A stretch of 64,000 bases of DNA from Phaeosaccion multiseriatum (lineage: Eukaryota; Protista; Ochrophyta, other classes). The DNA lies in contig OZ218960.1 in NCBI GenBank assembly GCA_965112735.1, positions 1-64,000 on the forward strand, in the 5' to 3' direction. The position numbers and the translations under genes are program-made. The notes under the pieces are model-generated. The model did no database searches. It was not told the origin of the DNA and was given only the letters and a program-made list of their open reading frames with translations. Of this stretch, positions 23,390-35,000 are shown in pieces; the first letter of the stretch is position 1; each line of letters begins with the position of its first letter.

Positions 23390-23902
23390 GAATGGCCTTG
23401 CTTGTTAGCATCGACTCGCTCTGCTCCCTGTTGCACCAAGCATTGCCTCGCTCTGCTGCCTGTGGCTTGGTGGCATCTGTAGCGCTTGAATGGTTTATAC
23501 GGCCAAAGGACTCCTTACATACCGCTACAAAAGTACGCACAGAAGAGGTTACGACGAATTCTTCGCCAACACAAGCGAGGAGGGGGGAGGGCGAGATGGA
23601 GCCGGCGGCGCCAGCGCTGGAAGCTGGAAAGGAGGCGGGGGGAAGTGTTGTATAATTGTGATGACGGGCAGACGGGCACAACCCATCGCCTGTGGTGAGC
23701 GCTTGTGGTGGTCCTTTTTGTGTGTGAAGTCGTAGTAGAAGGGGGGGGGGGGGGGAGGAGTTTGTTGGTGGGTCAGGGGAAGGGCAGCGGCAACGGCAGT
23801 GAACAGCGCTAATTCTCGGTGGAGGTGAACTGTCACGCACTCCGGGGAGGGAGCCACAGAGGCCGTGTGGGAGGCATCGGCCGAGGCGGCGGCTGAATCT
23901 AA

Positions 23903-24501
23903 TGTTACGATATAAGGCATCCCAATATGCCTTCAGTATTATCCAAACGTTCGGATAATACTGAAGGCATATTGGGATGCCTTATATCGTAACAAAAGGT
24001 GAGCACTGTGAGTCCTACCTTCACACCGGGGGGTTGGTGCTACCGGTTGGTGCTACCGAAACGTTCGCTCCTAAATACTATCCCCATACCAATACCAATT
24101 TCCAGTTCTTTTCCCAGGGTACCACCCTCAGGTATTTCACAGGCTCCCCCCCTCGGGAAATATCCATCATGCCGCCGGTAGGACTCGAACCGCGGCGCGC
24201 CGCCGCGTTTGGATAATACTGAAGGCATATTGGGATGCCTTATATCGTAACAAAATGTGGGTTCGAGTCCTACCGGCGGCATGATGGATATTTCCCGAGG
24301 GGGGGAGCCTGTGAAATACCTGAGGGTGGTACCCTGGGAAAAGAACTGGAAATTGGTATTGGTATGGGGATAGTATTTAGGAGCGAACGTTTCGGTAGCA
24401 CCAACCCCCCCGGTGTGAAAGTAGGACTCACAGTGCTCACCTTTTGTTACGATGCGTTTGGATAATACTGAAGGCATATTGGGATGCCTTATATCGTAAC
24501 A
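23903..24501. mobile_element. Non-coding fold-back element, copy 2 (599 bp), TG...CA ends, TSD TCTAA
   Basis: R-R' palindrome (23903-23994), arm A2, GCGGCGCGCCGC junction, R' (24206-24252), inverted arm, truncated R, then R' ending at 24501. TCTAA is at 23898-23902 and 24502-24506. Confidence 0.88.
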
Positions 24502-24839
24502 TCTAATCCTAATGTAATCTCACTTTTCTGCCTCACTTCATAGTACTACGGCCGTACTTCAGGCCCCGTTCTCATCGGAAGGCACACTATGCCTTGCCTA
24601 TAGCAGGTCTTGCTCCAGGAGCCATGCTGAGGAATTATGCTGAGTGCCTCCCCTCCACGAGCGATGCCATCAGTCCCTCACACGCCCCGGCCGAACTCCC
24701 CTCTCTTGTGACTGAGTGGCGTGCGGGACTGTGCCCCAAGCAGAAGCAGGTCCCGGAGGGCAGAGTTAAACTAGCTATGCAGTTTTCATCGACCCTTCTT
24801 CCTAGTATGGGTAGTTGAAAAGGTTGAAAGCTGCAGAAT

Positions 24840-25034
24840 TGTAAAGAGTCACGTTGCTCTCCACATAGGATAGGACTAGCCGCATGGACAAGGTAATAGC
24901 AACCCCAAAGCCAGCCTGGCAAGCAGCCTTGTCTCTATTAGCCTTATCCATGTGCCATCCTAACCTCCCAAAACAGTGCGTGTGTACCGTATCTGCCTGG
25001 GTCTGGGCCATTGAAATACTGCTGACTTTCAACA
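24840..25034 (-). mobile_element. Diverged solo-LTR-like relative of the 251-bp LTR family
   Basis: TGTAAAG...TTCAACA with shared blocks GGACAAGGTAA.AGCAACCCCAAAGCCAGCCT and TCTGCCTGGG.CTGGGCCATTGA. No TSD seen. Confidence 0.6.
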
Positions 25035-25344
25035 ATGCACCCCCTCCAGTGACAACCTGTGGAGCACGCTGCGCATCTTTCAAGGGTTGCTACGTTGATT
25101 ATGTCTCTAAATCCTACCGACCGCCTCGCTGCCGCCGGCCAGCACCCTTCATATCACAGCGACAGCGCCACCGTCGGTCCTCGTCGCTCCCCTCTCCACC
25201 TATTTGTTCGCTGCTTAGAAGCAGCCTAGCCAGCAAATCAGGTGGCCTCTACAGCCAGCCCTAGCCTCGAAGGAAGAGCACCATCCTCCGCTCGACTGCT
25301 GGAGGAAGTGCAGCATGCCATCCACCGCCGACTACTAGCAAGGC

Positions 25345-28300
25345 TCACCTCCTTCTCCGAATGCAGAGGTTCTCAATGTGCGAGTCCATTTCGCAGTGCC
25401 GCACCTTCTTGCCACAGCCCAATGGGCAGGGCTCGTAGCGCATGCGGCACACGGTGCGGTGGTGCTCCTGCTCCAGAGGGGAAGGGAGGCGAAAGGAGGA
25501 GCGAGGATTGGTGATAGGGGGTAGACAGAGGGGGCGAGAGAGGGAGGGATAGAGGCGCAGGGTTCGAGGGAGGGAGTGAGAGGGAGAGAGGGAGCGCGAG
25601 CGAAAGGGAGAGAAGTGGTAGAGGAAGAAAGACGCAGAAGAGTAGGAGAGAGACAAATGAAGGGAGGGGGGGGGGTTAGGGTTAGAGAGGAATGGAGGGG
25701 ACGAGAGGGGGGGTGGGAGATCGAGTTGTAGAGAAGGCGGAGTGATAGACAGGACGGAGAGAGATGGGTGCAGGGAAGAAGACCACCTGCTCCGCCCTGC
25801 CCGCTCCCGAAGCCCTCCTCAATTACTTTCGCACCTTCCTCTTCTCCGCAAACATCTCCTCGCCGCAGCCCTGCAGACAGTACACGCGGCGCCGAGGGCA
25901 GTCCAGCTGCGTGTGTCGGTCCTGTACGTACGGGCATGAGTGCGTGAGGCGTGCGCGGTGCACGAGAAAGTGACAGAGTAGACGCGTCAGGGCGGTGGAA
26001 GTGAGTTACGGTAACAGCCTTCTTGAGGTGGGCGGAGTAGAGGCTACAAAAGGCCACGTCCGCCGACGAAGAGTACAATATTTTCTTCCACCACCCACTT
26101 AACTCATTCACTCAATTCACTCGATCAAGCGCTCAAGCACTCACTCCTTCACTCACTCCTTCACTCACTCCTTCACTCACTCCTTCACTCACTACTCGCC
26201 ACTCAACCCCTGCATCTCTTGGCTGCACGCACACACACAATCACACACACCATATTCCTCCTTGTGTTGAGAGTCGCACTTCTGCTAGACCTACCCCTGC
26301 CCCGAGTGAAACTTCAGTAGGGTAGGTATCAGTCTATCTTGAGTACCACTCTCATACTTCCCTCATTCTCACCATGTCTTCCTGCGGCAGGAGGATGTAG
26401 CACCCGTCGTTTGGGCACTGCAGTACCCTCCGCCTGCACACAGTGGCTCTGTGCTCTTCCGCTTTTCCCGCCTGTATGACTGCCCCGCACTGGCCGCACT
26501 TGATCACACGCATGGGACAGTCGTGCGCGACGTGTAGCTCCATTTGCCGAGCCTTTGTGGGCATAAAGCGAATATCGAGGCGACAGGGGGGGGGGGGGGG
26601 CAGTGTCAGGGATAGGCGGAGGAGCGGGTCTTGAAACTTGATGCAGGGGCCGGTGCAGACCACATGCGCAGCGTTGAGGCCGCTGCTTCCCGTTAAGTGG
26701 GCTGCGGCTGGGTGAAAAGGCACGAGGGGGCAGCGGGCGGAGCTTCGGGAGCGAGCCCGAGAGCACTATGCACCCACACACCCACGCACTGACACACTCA
26801 CACGCCGACTCCTACCTGGAGCTTCTCTTCCCCGCACCCAAGGGGGCAGGACACATAGCGGCGGTCGCACTCCTCCGCACAGTGCCGCTCCATGTCCTTG
26901 GCGCGGATCTTATAGGCGCAGCCCTAAGGGATGGTAGTGGATGGCAGTGGGGGGTCGAGGGAGGGAGGGAGGGAGGAAGGGGCGTGTTGAGAAGGTGATG
27001 AGCTGAGGTAACCAAAGGGGGGGGGGCAGGCCGGCAATGTGGGGTGGGGTGAGGCGGGGGGGGCAAGCTTGCCCACCTGTGTGCACGGAAGGAAGCGGTG
27101 TGCGCACGAAGTTGCGTAGTGTTTCTCCAGCTCGGCCTGTCATAAGCCACAGCAGCCGCAGCAGCAGCCATAGCAGAATAGCAGAGGGAGAGGAGGGTGG
27201 GGATTTCGGGAGGTAAATGTATGAGATAGAGCTCTCAGCCTCTCTGCGCACCAAACGGGGCCAACCAAAAGCGGGCTCAAGAAGGCTTGCGCCCACACCG
27301 ACACCGACACCCACACCCACACCGACACCCACACCCACACCCACACCCACACCCACACCCACACCCACACCCACACCCACACCCGCTTATTCTCCCTCTC
27401 TCCCCTTCTGTCTCCCTCTCTACCGCTCCTCCCATCACTAGTCCACCGTGTGTCCTCAACCCCTGAGAGCCTATCCAGCCGCAGTGTGAGTCCTCACCTT
27501 GCATACAAGCTCCCCGCAGCGGTTGGGGCAGGGCAGGCCCACCCTTTTGCACAAACGCTCCTCGTGCTCCTTCTGGAACTTCGCCTTGAGCCTGCGCACA
27601 CACACATGCACACACGTACACACACAGACACACCACGTCACCATACACCGACGTCGGCAGTAGGCCTACACACGAGAGGGGCTGGCGATTTGGGCCGAAC
27701 ACATGAGCAATGACCAGCGACAGCAGCCCCAGGGACCACGAGAGTTCTCCCCCCCCCCCCCCTCCACTGCCTCACTCAGTCACTCCCGCACTCACGTCTT
27801 GTCTCCACAGCCCCAGCGGCACTGCACGAGCCTCTCGCTGCAGTGGTCCTGCATGTGCTTGGCCCTCATCTTGAGCCACATGGTCACTCCGCAGCCGAGG
27901 GGACACACCACACGCCGCAGAGGGCAGGAGTGGCTGCGGTGAAAGGAGAGGGCGCTGGCTTTCACCTGGTTGGAGGAGTACGGAGGCGCAGGCATAGGGT
28001 TAGGCGTATGGTCAATCAAGCGTATGGCCAGGCCTCTGGGTAAGCGCACAAGGAATCATCCCTCCCCAACGTTCTCGCTCCAGCTTCAGCTCCCGCGGTA
28101 CATTCCCTTCTTCTCCCTCTCCTTCTCTCCTCCTCTCCGCCACCCTCACCTCCTCTCCGCACTCATCAGGGCACAGCACCACTCGGTCCGGGCACTGCTC
28201 AGATGTGTGCTCCTCAAGATGCTTGGCGATGACCTTGGCGTGACACGCCTTGCAGTGCACGGGCCGCATGGGGCACGTGTGCACGAGGTGGTGGTCGTAC

Positions 28301-28585
28301 TCATCGGCCGGGATCTGTGAGTTGGTTCGAGAGCATGGAGGGTCGAGGAAAGAGAGATCATCAGATGGCAGCAGAAGGCATAGAACTCACGGGGTGGAGG
28401 GAGGGAGGGAGGGAGGGAACACGCATGTCACGTCGCTCATTCCATTACCAGTGTGCGTGGAATGGCTCTTGTTGGGTGGGGGGGTACCCAAGAGCGGGTA
28501 CGCACCTTCTCGCCGCACATGAGAGTGCACGTGCGGAGACGACGGGAGCAATCTTCCAGCAGGTGGTGCCTGAGGGGGGGGGGGA

Positions 28586-28625
<40 letters not shown>

Positions 28626-31600
28626 CGCGTGTGCGAGAGGTAAGAGGGAGAGGGAGGAGCACTGGCACTGAACCCGGGTGTAGAGCTCATTGCGCTCTTT
28701 GTTCAGTCCGAGCCACAACTGGGACGGCACAACATGATACACGAGAATGGAGACACGCCTTACAACCCCAACCCCAGCCCCCCGGGGATGTCTCTGAGGG
28801 AAGGCCCTTGACGGACTCCCCCTCACTGACTTACTTGAGCTCTCTGGCCTGCAGCTTGGTCTCTCTGCACTGGTTGGGGCACGCCACCTCTCTGTGGCCG
28901 CAGCTCTCCTCGTGCCTTCGCCGGATGGACCGGCCGGGGATCATCTTACCACAGCCCCACGCGCAGGGGAGGGCGGGCACGGCCATGCCTCTGTCATTGT
29001 GGGGGGAGGAGGCGTGTGTGTGTTTGCATGTGTGCGTATGAGGGTGGGTGGGCAGGTGTCTAGGTGAGAGGGGGAGGAAGGAGCCGTAGCATAAGCAGAA
29101 GCGGGTATGATACAGCAGCACGACCAACGAGAGAGCCAGGCAGGTAGCGACGGCAGGAAAGCCTTTCAGGCAGTTACATGGGTGGGCAGGGACCGAAGAC
29201 AACGCCCCGAGGGAATCCGTGCAGGGTCGGTAAATACACTCGACGTCCTGTGTGAGGGCCCGACTCTCGCACGCACAGAGACCCTCTCACTGACGACAGG
29301 GAAATTACCGTCCATCCCCCCCACTCAACCCCACTCAGTTCATCCGACCCCACCTCCACACCGCACACTTGCCTCTTGGCGTTGGCGACTCCCCAGTCCC
29401 CATTAGCCTTTGCGCTGAGTGCGGCAAGGCATTCAGTGAAGTTGCCCTCCTTGGCAAGGTCCCAGGCAGAGGCTCCGTGTCTGTCGAGCAGCTCGGGCGA
29501 CGCTCCACGCTCAAGAAGCAGACCAAGCACCTGAGACAGACAGAGGCCAAGTATGGTAAGGAGCGCGTGTGGGCGTGTGTGGGTGTGAGTGTGTGCATGT
29601 CGGTGTGTGAGTGTGGGTGTGCGTGTGGGTGAGGGCGAGAGCATCATTGTGACAACGTCCAAGAGAAGTGGGGGAGCAGCAATGAAGGACGCAAATGTAT
29701 GGGTGAGCGAGACGCCCTGTGACTGCTTCTCTCTCCTCCATCCTGTTGTCTGCTGTCTGACTGATGACGGCCTCATTTGCCTCAGTAGCTTACTGCCGTA
29801 CCTTTTCGTTCCCTGCCGCCGCGGCCACCATGAGGGGCGTCCTCAGGGCCTTACCCACGTGAAGATTGACATTCGCGCCCCTATCCAGCAAGACCTGCCC
29901 CCAAGAGTAGCGGCAGAGGGGGGGGGGGTGAGGGTCACGGTCAGGGTCAGGGTCAGGGTCAGGGTCAGGGTCAGGGTCAGGGTCAGGGTCAGGGTCAGGG
30001 TCAGGGTCAGGGTCAGGGTCAAGTTAAGGTCAAGGTCAAGGTCAAGGTCACGATCAGGATCAGGAGCAGGGGTATAAGAAGGACACAGCAGCCCTACTCC
30101 GCCATCCTCTACTGCCTTACTCCGGTAACCCTAACTAAGCCTTAGTCCGCTGCATCACTGTCTCAGTACCTTGCCAAGTCATTGGATCACGGCCCCACTG
30201 CAGCACTGCCTCACTGCCTCACTGCATGACTGGCTAACTGTCTAACGGCTTCACAACACCACCGCCTCTCTACCTTAGTGCATCACTGTTCGTGTAACCT
30301 TCTTACCTCTGCGGGCTCTTCTTTACCCTTGAGGCAGGTCCAGCTGAGGGCAGTGTGGCCCAGCTTGGCGCTCACGTAATCGACCTGCATCCACAGATGG
30401 CAAATGGGAGATGGCAAGCGGAAGGCGGTTGTGGTGCGACGTGGTCGTGTTGAGAGGCAGTCACTAACAGCCGAGGAATGTGGGTCACCACTAAGCCCCT
30501 CCCAGGTGAGGAGCACTCGGGGCTTGCTCTCGGCATATAAATGGGGGAATAAATGACCGACACGCGGTCAAGGAAAGAACATAACAAGTCTGTACTCGGC
30601 GAGTACCTTGGGCCTGCACTTGGTCCTGTCCAGGAGCAGCGCTGCGGCGGGCACCTCCCACCCTTCGTCGTTTACAAACGGACGGTACCCCACAGCAGAC
30701 GAATCTTCCTCGCCGGCCTGGGGGGGGGGGTGCGGAAAGATGTGGGGGTGGGTTGATGCGGCTTCGAGAGGTGACTTCATTTAGGACAGTAGCATGGTTG
30801 GTTGCTCGATAGGGTTAGGGTTAGGACAGTAGCATGGCGATTGGTTTGCTGGTGCGAGGGGCGTAGGTTGCAAGCTAAGTCGAACGACTGAACTCCCTAC
30901 ACCAGGATGGCCTACAAGGAGAAGGAAGAGGGGACAGACTGTGGAACAGATTCAGTCAGACCAGGCAACACCAGGCTGTGCGGTGCTTTGGACCAGAGTA
31001 TGATATATCCACGATGCAAGCAGCACACTAAGACAGAGAGACGACAGATAGAGGGAGAGAGGAGAGAGAAGAGAGAGAGACACGAACATGCATGGACACA
31101 CACGTATCCTATGAACCAGTGCAGACCTTCATGAGCGCAGTGAGGCCCTCCTCCGTCTCCTGCTCGGGCCCCAGAGCGCCCCCCAGCCACACCGCCATGA
31201 CGCCGCGGAAATCGCACTCGTGCACGCGCGCAGAGAATTCGAGCATAGCTGCTTGCTGCCTCTGGGTCTGAGGGGGCGTGTAGAGGCATATGGGCGTGTA
31301 GAGGCATATGCAGGCGTGCGGGGGGGGCGTAGTAGTGAGAAGGGAGCGGGATGGGGGGAATTTGACGCGGCGCAACATGGCGCACGCGCCCACGAAGAAC
31401 TTGAGCAAGCCCTCGTACACACAACATACTCCTTCCCCCCCTTCCCCCTCCCCTCCGGGGCACTGTCCAAAGAATGGCCCAATGCATGGCACGCAGGCAC
31501 ACACTCACGCACACACTCGCACCCACACACTTACCCTCGCCCTGACCACGGCCCTGCGCTTCTTCTCCTCCTGCCCCATGAAGATGACTCCGTTGAGTTC

Positions 31601-31998
31601 GTTCGTCAGCGCTGCAACGTGCGACATTGTCTCCACACACCTGTGGCGTACAGGCAACAGAAAGGGGGGAAGGAGGAAGCGTCACCGTCCGCTCAGCGTC
31701 ATGTTCTCATCGAAGCCGCCGGGAGCGACGCGCCGCCAAGGGAGCAGCAGGCAGCAAGCAACAGGGTGGAAATTGACATACTTCAGGCAGCAAGCAACAA
31801 GGTGGAAATTGACATACTTCAGGCAGCAAGCAACAAGGTGGAAATTGACATACTTCCCGCCCAATGTGAAAGAAGACAGACGGCACGCCGGCATTGAGCC
31901 AGTTTGAGTCTCAGTTTAATTTGCTTGCCTGTTGTGCGCGTGGTCCTCGTCCATCCAGCCTGCCCCTCGGATGAAGTTCTGATGCCCTGTGAGTGTGA

Positions 31999-32029
<31 letters not shown>

Positions 32030-35000
32030 CGGAGGGCGCAGGGGAAGACAGTGTCAGAGCTCGAACGGGAGGGTGGGCGGTGGCGGCGGGAGAGTCGTAA
32101 ATGATTTTAGTTTCAAGTTCGTGACCTCGAGGGATCAATGTCGAACATATCGACATCGACACGCTCCAGAATAAGTACGGAAGTGCTACGTAAGATCACG
32201 TACCGAGGTCTTTGATGCCCGCCCTTGCGCAGTCCTCCAGCGACATGGGCTCGTTGAGCTAAGGCGCGGTAGGGGGGGGGGGGGGGGGCAGAGCATGGGG
32301 CATCGACACTCAGGGAATAGGGCAGTGAGACTCCGAAAACAGGGCATTCCCAGAGAGTAGAACGTAGCGACCCACTCGAAAGTCGTGGGGTGTGGGTGGA
32401 ACAGCGAGGGTTACACCCTTTCCAAAGGGCGAGGGAGGATTAATTAGAGTTTGGGGGGGGGGGGCGTATGCCTTGCTTGTGCCAGTCAGTCCATCAGTCC
32501 GTCAGCAGTCGCTCAGTCACTTAGTCAGTCAAAGCGAGCAAGCAAACCGGCAAGCCCTTGCCTGGTAATGCGCCAGAGAGCCGTCCCCCAGCACGCTGCA
32601 GGGAGGGGGCATCATGGGGTAGAGCAGAGTCGAGCTCGCCGAGAACAGGGGCAGGCTCCGGCCCCTCAGCAGCTGAGAAGGAAGGGGGGGGCAGCAGGCA
32701 GCAGAGGTGAGGGCCGCGCCAGTTTCAGTTTCCCTCTCGAGCAGAGCTTCGTTGAGCCTCTCCTTGTCCACTTGAGCTGCAGCGCACAGCTCCTCTGTAG
32801 CTGGGGCACAGTGGAAACTCAGCTGCCCCTCTCCTCAGCCACGGCTCACCCCCAATCAGCCCATTTCTGTATCCTCTCCTCCCGCCGCCCCCTCCCAACT
32901 CACCTTCACCACCTCTGCCCGCCCCCCGTACGCCGCCTCGGGTAGAGGAAGTCGCGTGGTGCGGCGCAAGTGCGTGAGGCGCGCGTGTGCGGCGGAGAGG
33001 CCCATACGGAAGGCCATGCGCCGCTTCAGCAGCTCCATCAGTTCGCCCTCCGACGCCACCCCGCTGCTGCCACCTGTGACTCTGGTGCTGTCCTGACTGG
33101 CGCTGGCCACCACCAAGGCGCTGCTGCTGCCAACGCTGCCCATCCCCGTAAGACTGGTGGTGCTGCTCGATACGCTGGCCGTCATTGCCGTCATGGTTGT
33201 CGCAGTCTTGCCGCCCTCCTCTCCCGTGCTCGTGCCGGAAGAGGGGGCCAGGACCCCGCCTTGTTGCCCGACCTCCCCCTCCTCCTCCTCCTCTTTGTGC
33301 TTCATGCGGCTGAGGTACTGGCGGTACCAGCAGTGGTACCTGAGGCGGAGGTGGCAGTGCCGGTTTCAGAAAAGGGATGACAGTTTCAGTGCTTGACACA
33401 CCCTGCTTACACCACCCTCTGCCATCTGTGATGGGAGCGTATGTCCGACTCCCTTACCTATAGGCGATCTGCACCATCTTGGCGGCTCGGTGGTGCACTT
33501 CGTCTCCGTAGTCGAGGGTGGCCCCGTGGTCAAGGAACAAGCGCACCATGTCGGTCTGTGAGTGTGAGGTGAGGGACACGCAAGGGCTTCAGTTCAGCTC
33601 AGGGCAGCTCAGCAAGGAAGGTATTAGCAGGGGCGGCGGTGTGGAAAGTAGAGGCAGGCAGGCCCCCGACCTTGGCCTGGCTGACCCATCGCACTGAAAC
33701 TAGAACTGGGGCAGGACGGACAGCCACACCGACGAACCTGCCCGCAAGCCGCCGCCCACGACACGAGCGTGTGGCCGCACGGAGACACCACCGAAAAGAG
33801 CTTGGCCACTGCCAGCTTTTCGCTCCACCTGCACAGAGAGGGAGCGAATATGGAAGTCAGAGACATTGACAATGAAGGAAGGAAGGAAGGAAGGAAGGAA
33901 GGAAGGAAGGAAGGAAGGAAGGAAGGAAGGAAGGAAGGAAGGAAGGAAGGAAGGAAGGAAAGAAAGGAAAGGAAGGGAGGCAGTACGAGGAGCCACCGGG
34001 ATTGCAGTGCGCGAGGAAGCAAGCGAGGTGCACAAGGTGACTGCGCAAGCCCTCACTCACCAATGGCACTTCTGCTCGCCGTACAAAGCCGTTTGCTCCG
34101 CCTCTTCGATCTTCTCGCGAGGACCAAAGCGGGGCAAGCATGGGGAGACAGGGTGGGGCGGCACAAGATGGTCAGACCGGGATGGAGGGAAGGGGGGGTG
34201 CTGCAGACGAGGGGAGATGTGAAGTAAGGGCGGGATAAGGGAGGGAGTAACCAAACCTCTTTGCGTTAGGGCCGGGGTGGGCAACCTCTTAATAGGAGAC
34301 GCAGCAGTAAAAGCGCCTGCCACTTTCATCCCTGAGAGGCCGCCCCCCCCCCCCTCCTCCCCAATCCCCCTCTCCTTTACCTCTTGATCCAGCAGGCCCT
34401 TCCTGAAGTGCTCAAGATGAAGCTCTGTCTGCAGTGCCCGCACCTCCCCTACCGCCGCCTCCCACTCCTGCTTGTCCCGCATGGCCTGCAGCACCTCGGT
34501 GTCGTCCCCCCGGGGGTGCGTGAGATGGTCGTAGATGGACAGGGAGTGCAGCCACTCGCCAAGGGCACTGGGGATGGCAGTGGATGGGGAAGAAGGGCAG
34601 TGGCAGCGAACATGCAAAGAGGGGGTAATAAAGAGAGTAAGGGTTATGGAGAGGAGCGGAGCGGAGGGCGCAGAGATGCCTCCGTCTCCCCCCCGGGGGA
34701 TGCCGCCACCCCCCTGTGGCACTGACACTGTGGCACTGACACTGTGGCACTGACACGCTTACCGAATCAGAGCGAAGGGGCTCTCGTCAGCCCAGCGCCT
34801 GTTGGCCTCCGCCTGCCAGCTGTGAGTCTGCTGAATGCCCATTTCGGGAAGGGGCGTGAGGACGGTGTCCATGATGAGCTTCACAGCGTCGATGAGCTCC
34901 TGCCGCACCGCCCGCCTGATCAGCACAATGGATGGCAGTGGAGGGACAGTCGATCGGGTGGTGGCAGCCGATGGATGGCGGTGGATGGAGAGATGGTCGC

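Noticed and set aside
24199-24281. Functional tRNA gene
   Set aside because: No T8/A14, no proper D-arm and no 7-nt anticodon loop; only the 3' part is tRNA-like.
16719-24501. 47-bp repeat R as a CRISPR-like array
   Set aside because: The repeats are inverted, the intervening sequences are mirror copies and homologous between loci rather than unique spacers, there are no cas genes, and the context is eukaryotic.
31745-31860. 36-bp x3 repeat (and a 30-bp x3 repeat at ~35255-35350)
   Set aside because: Ordinary head-to-tail intronic minisatellites with no spacers or further structure.
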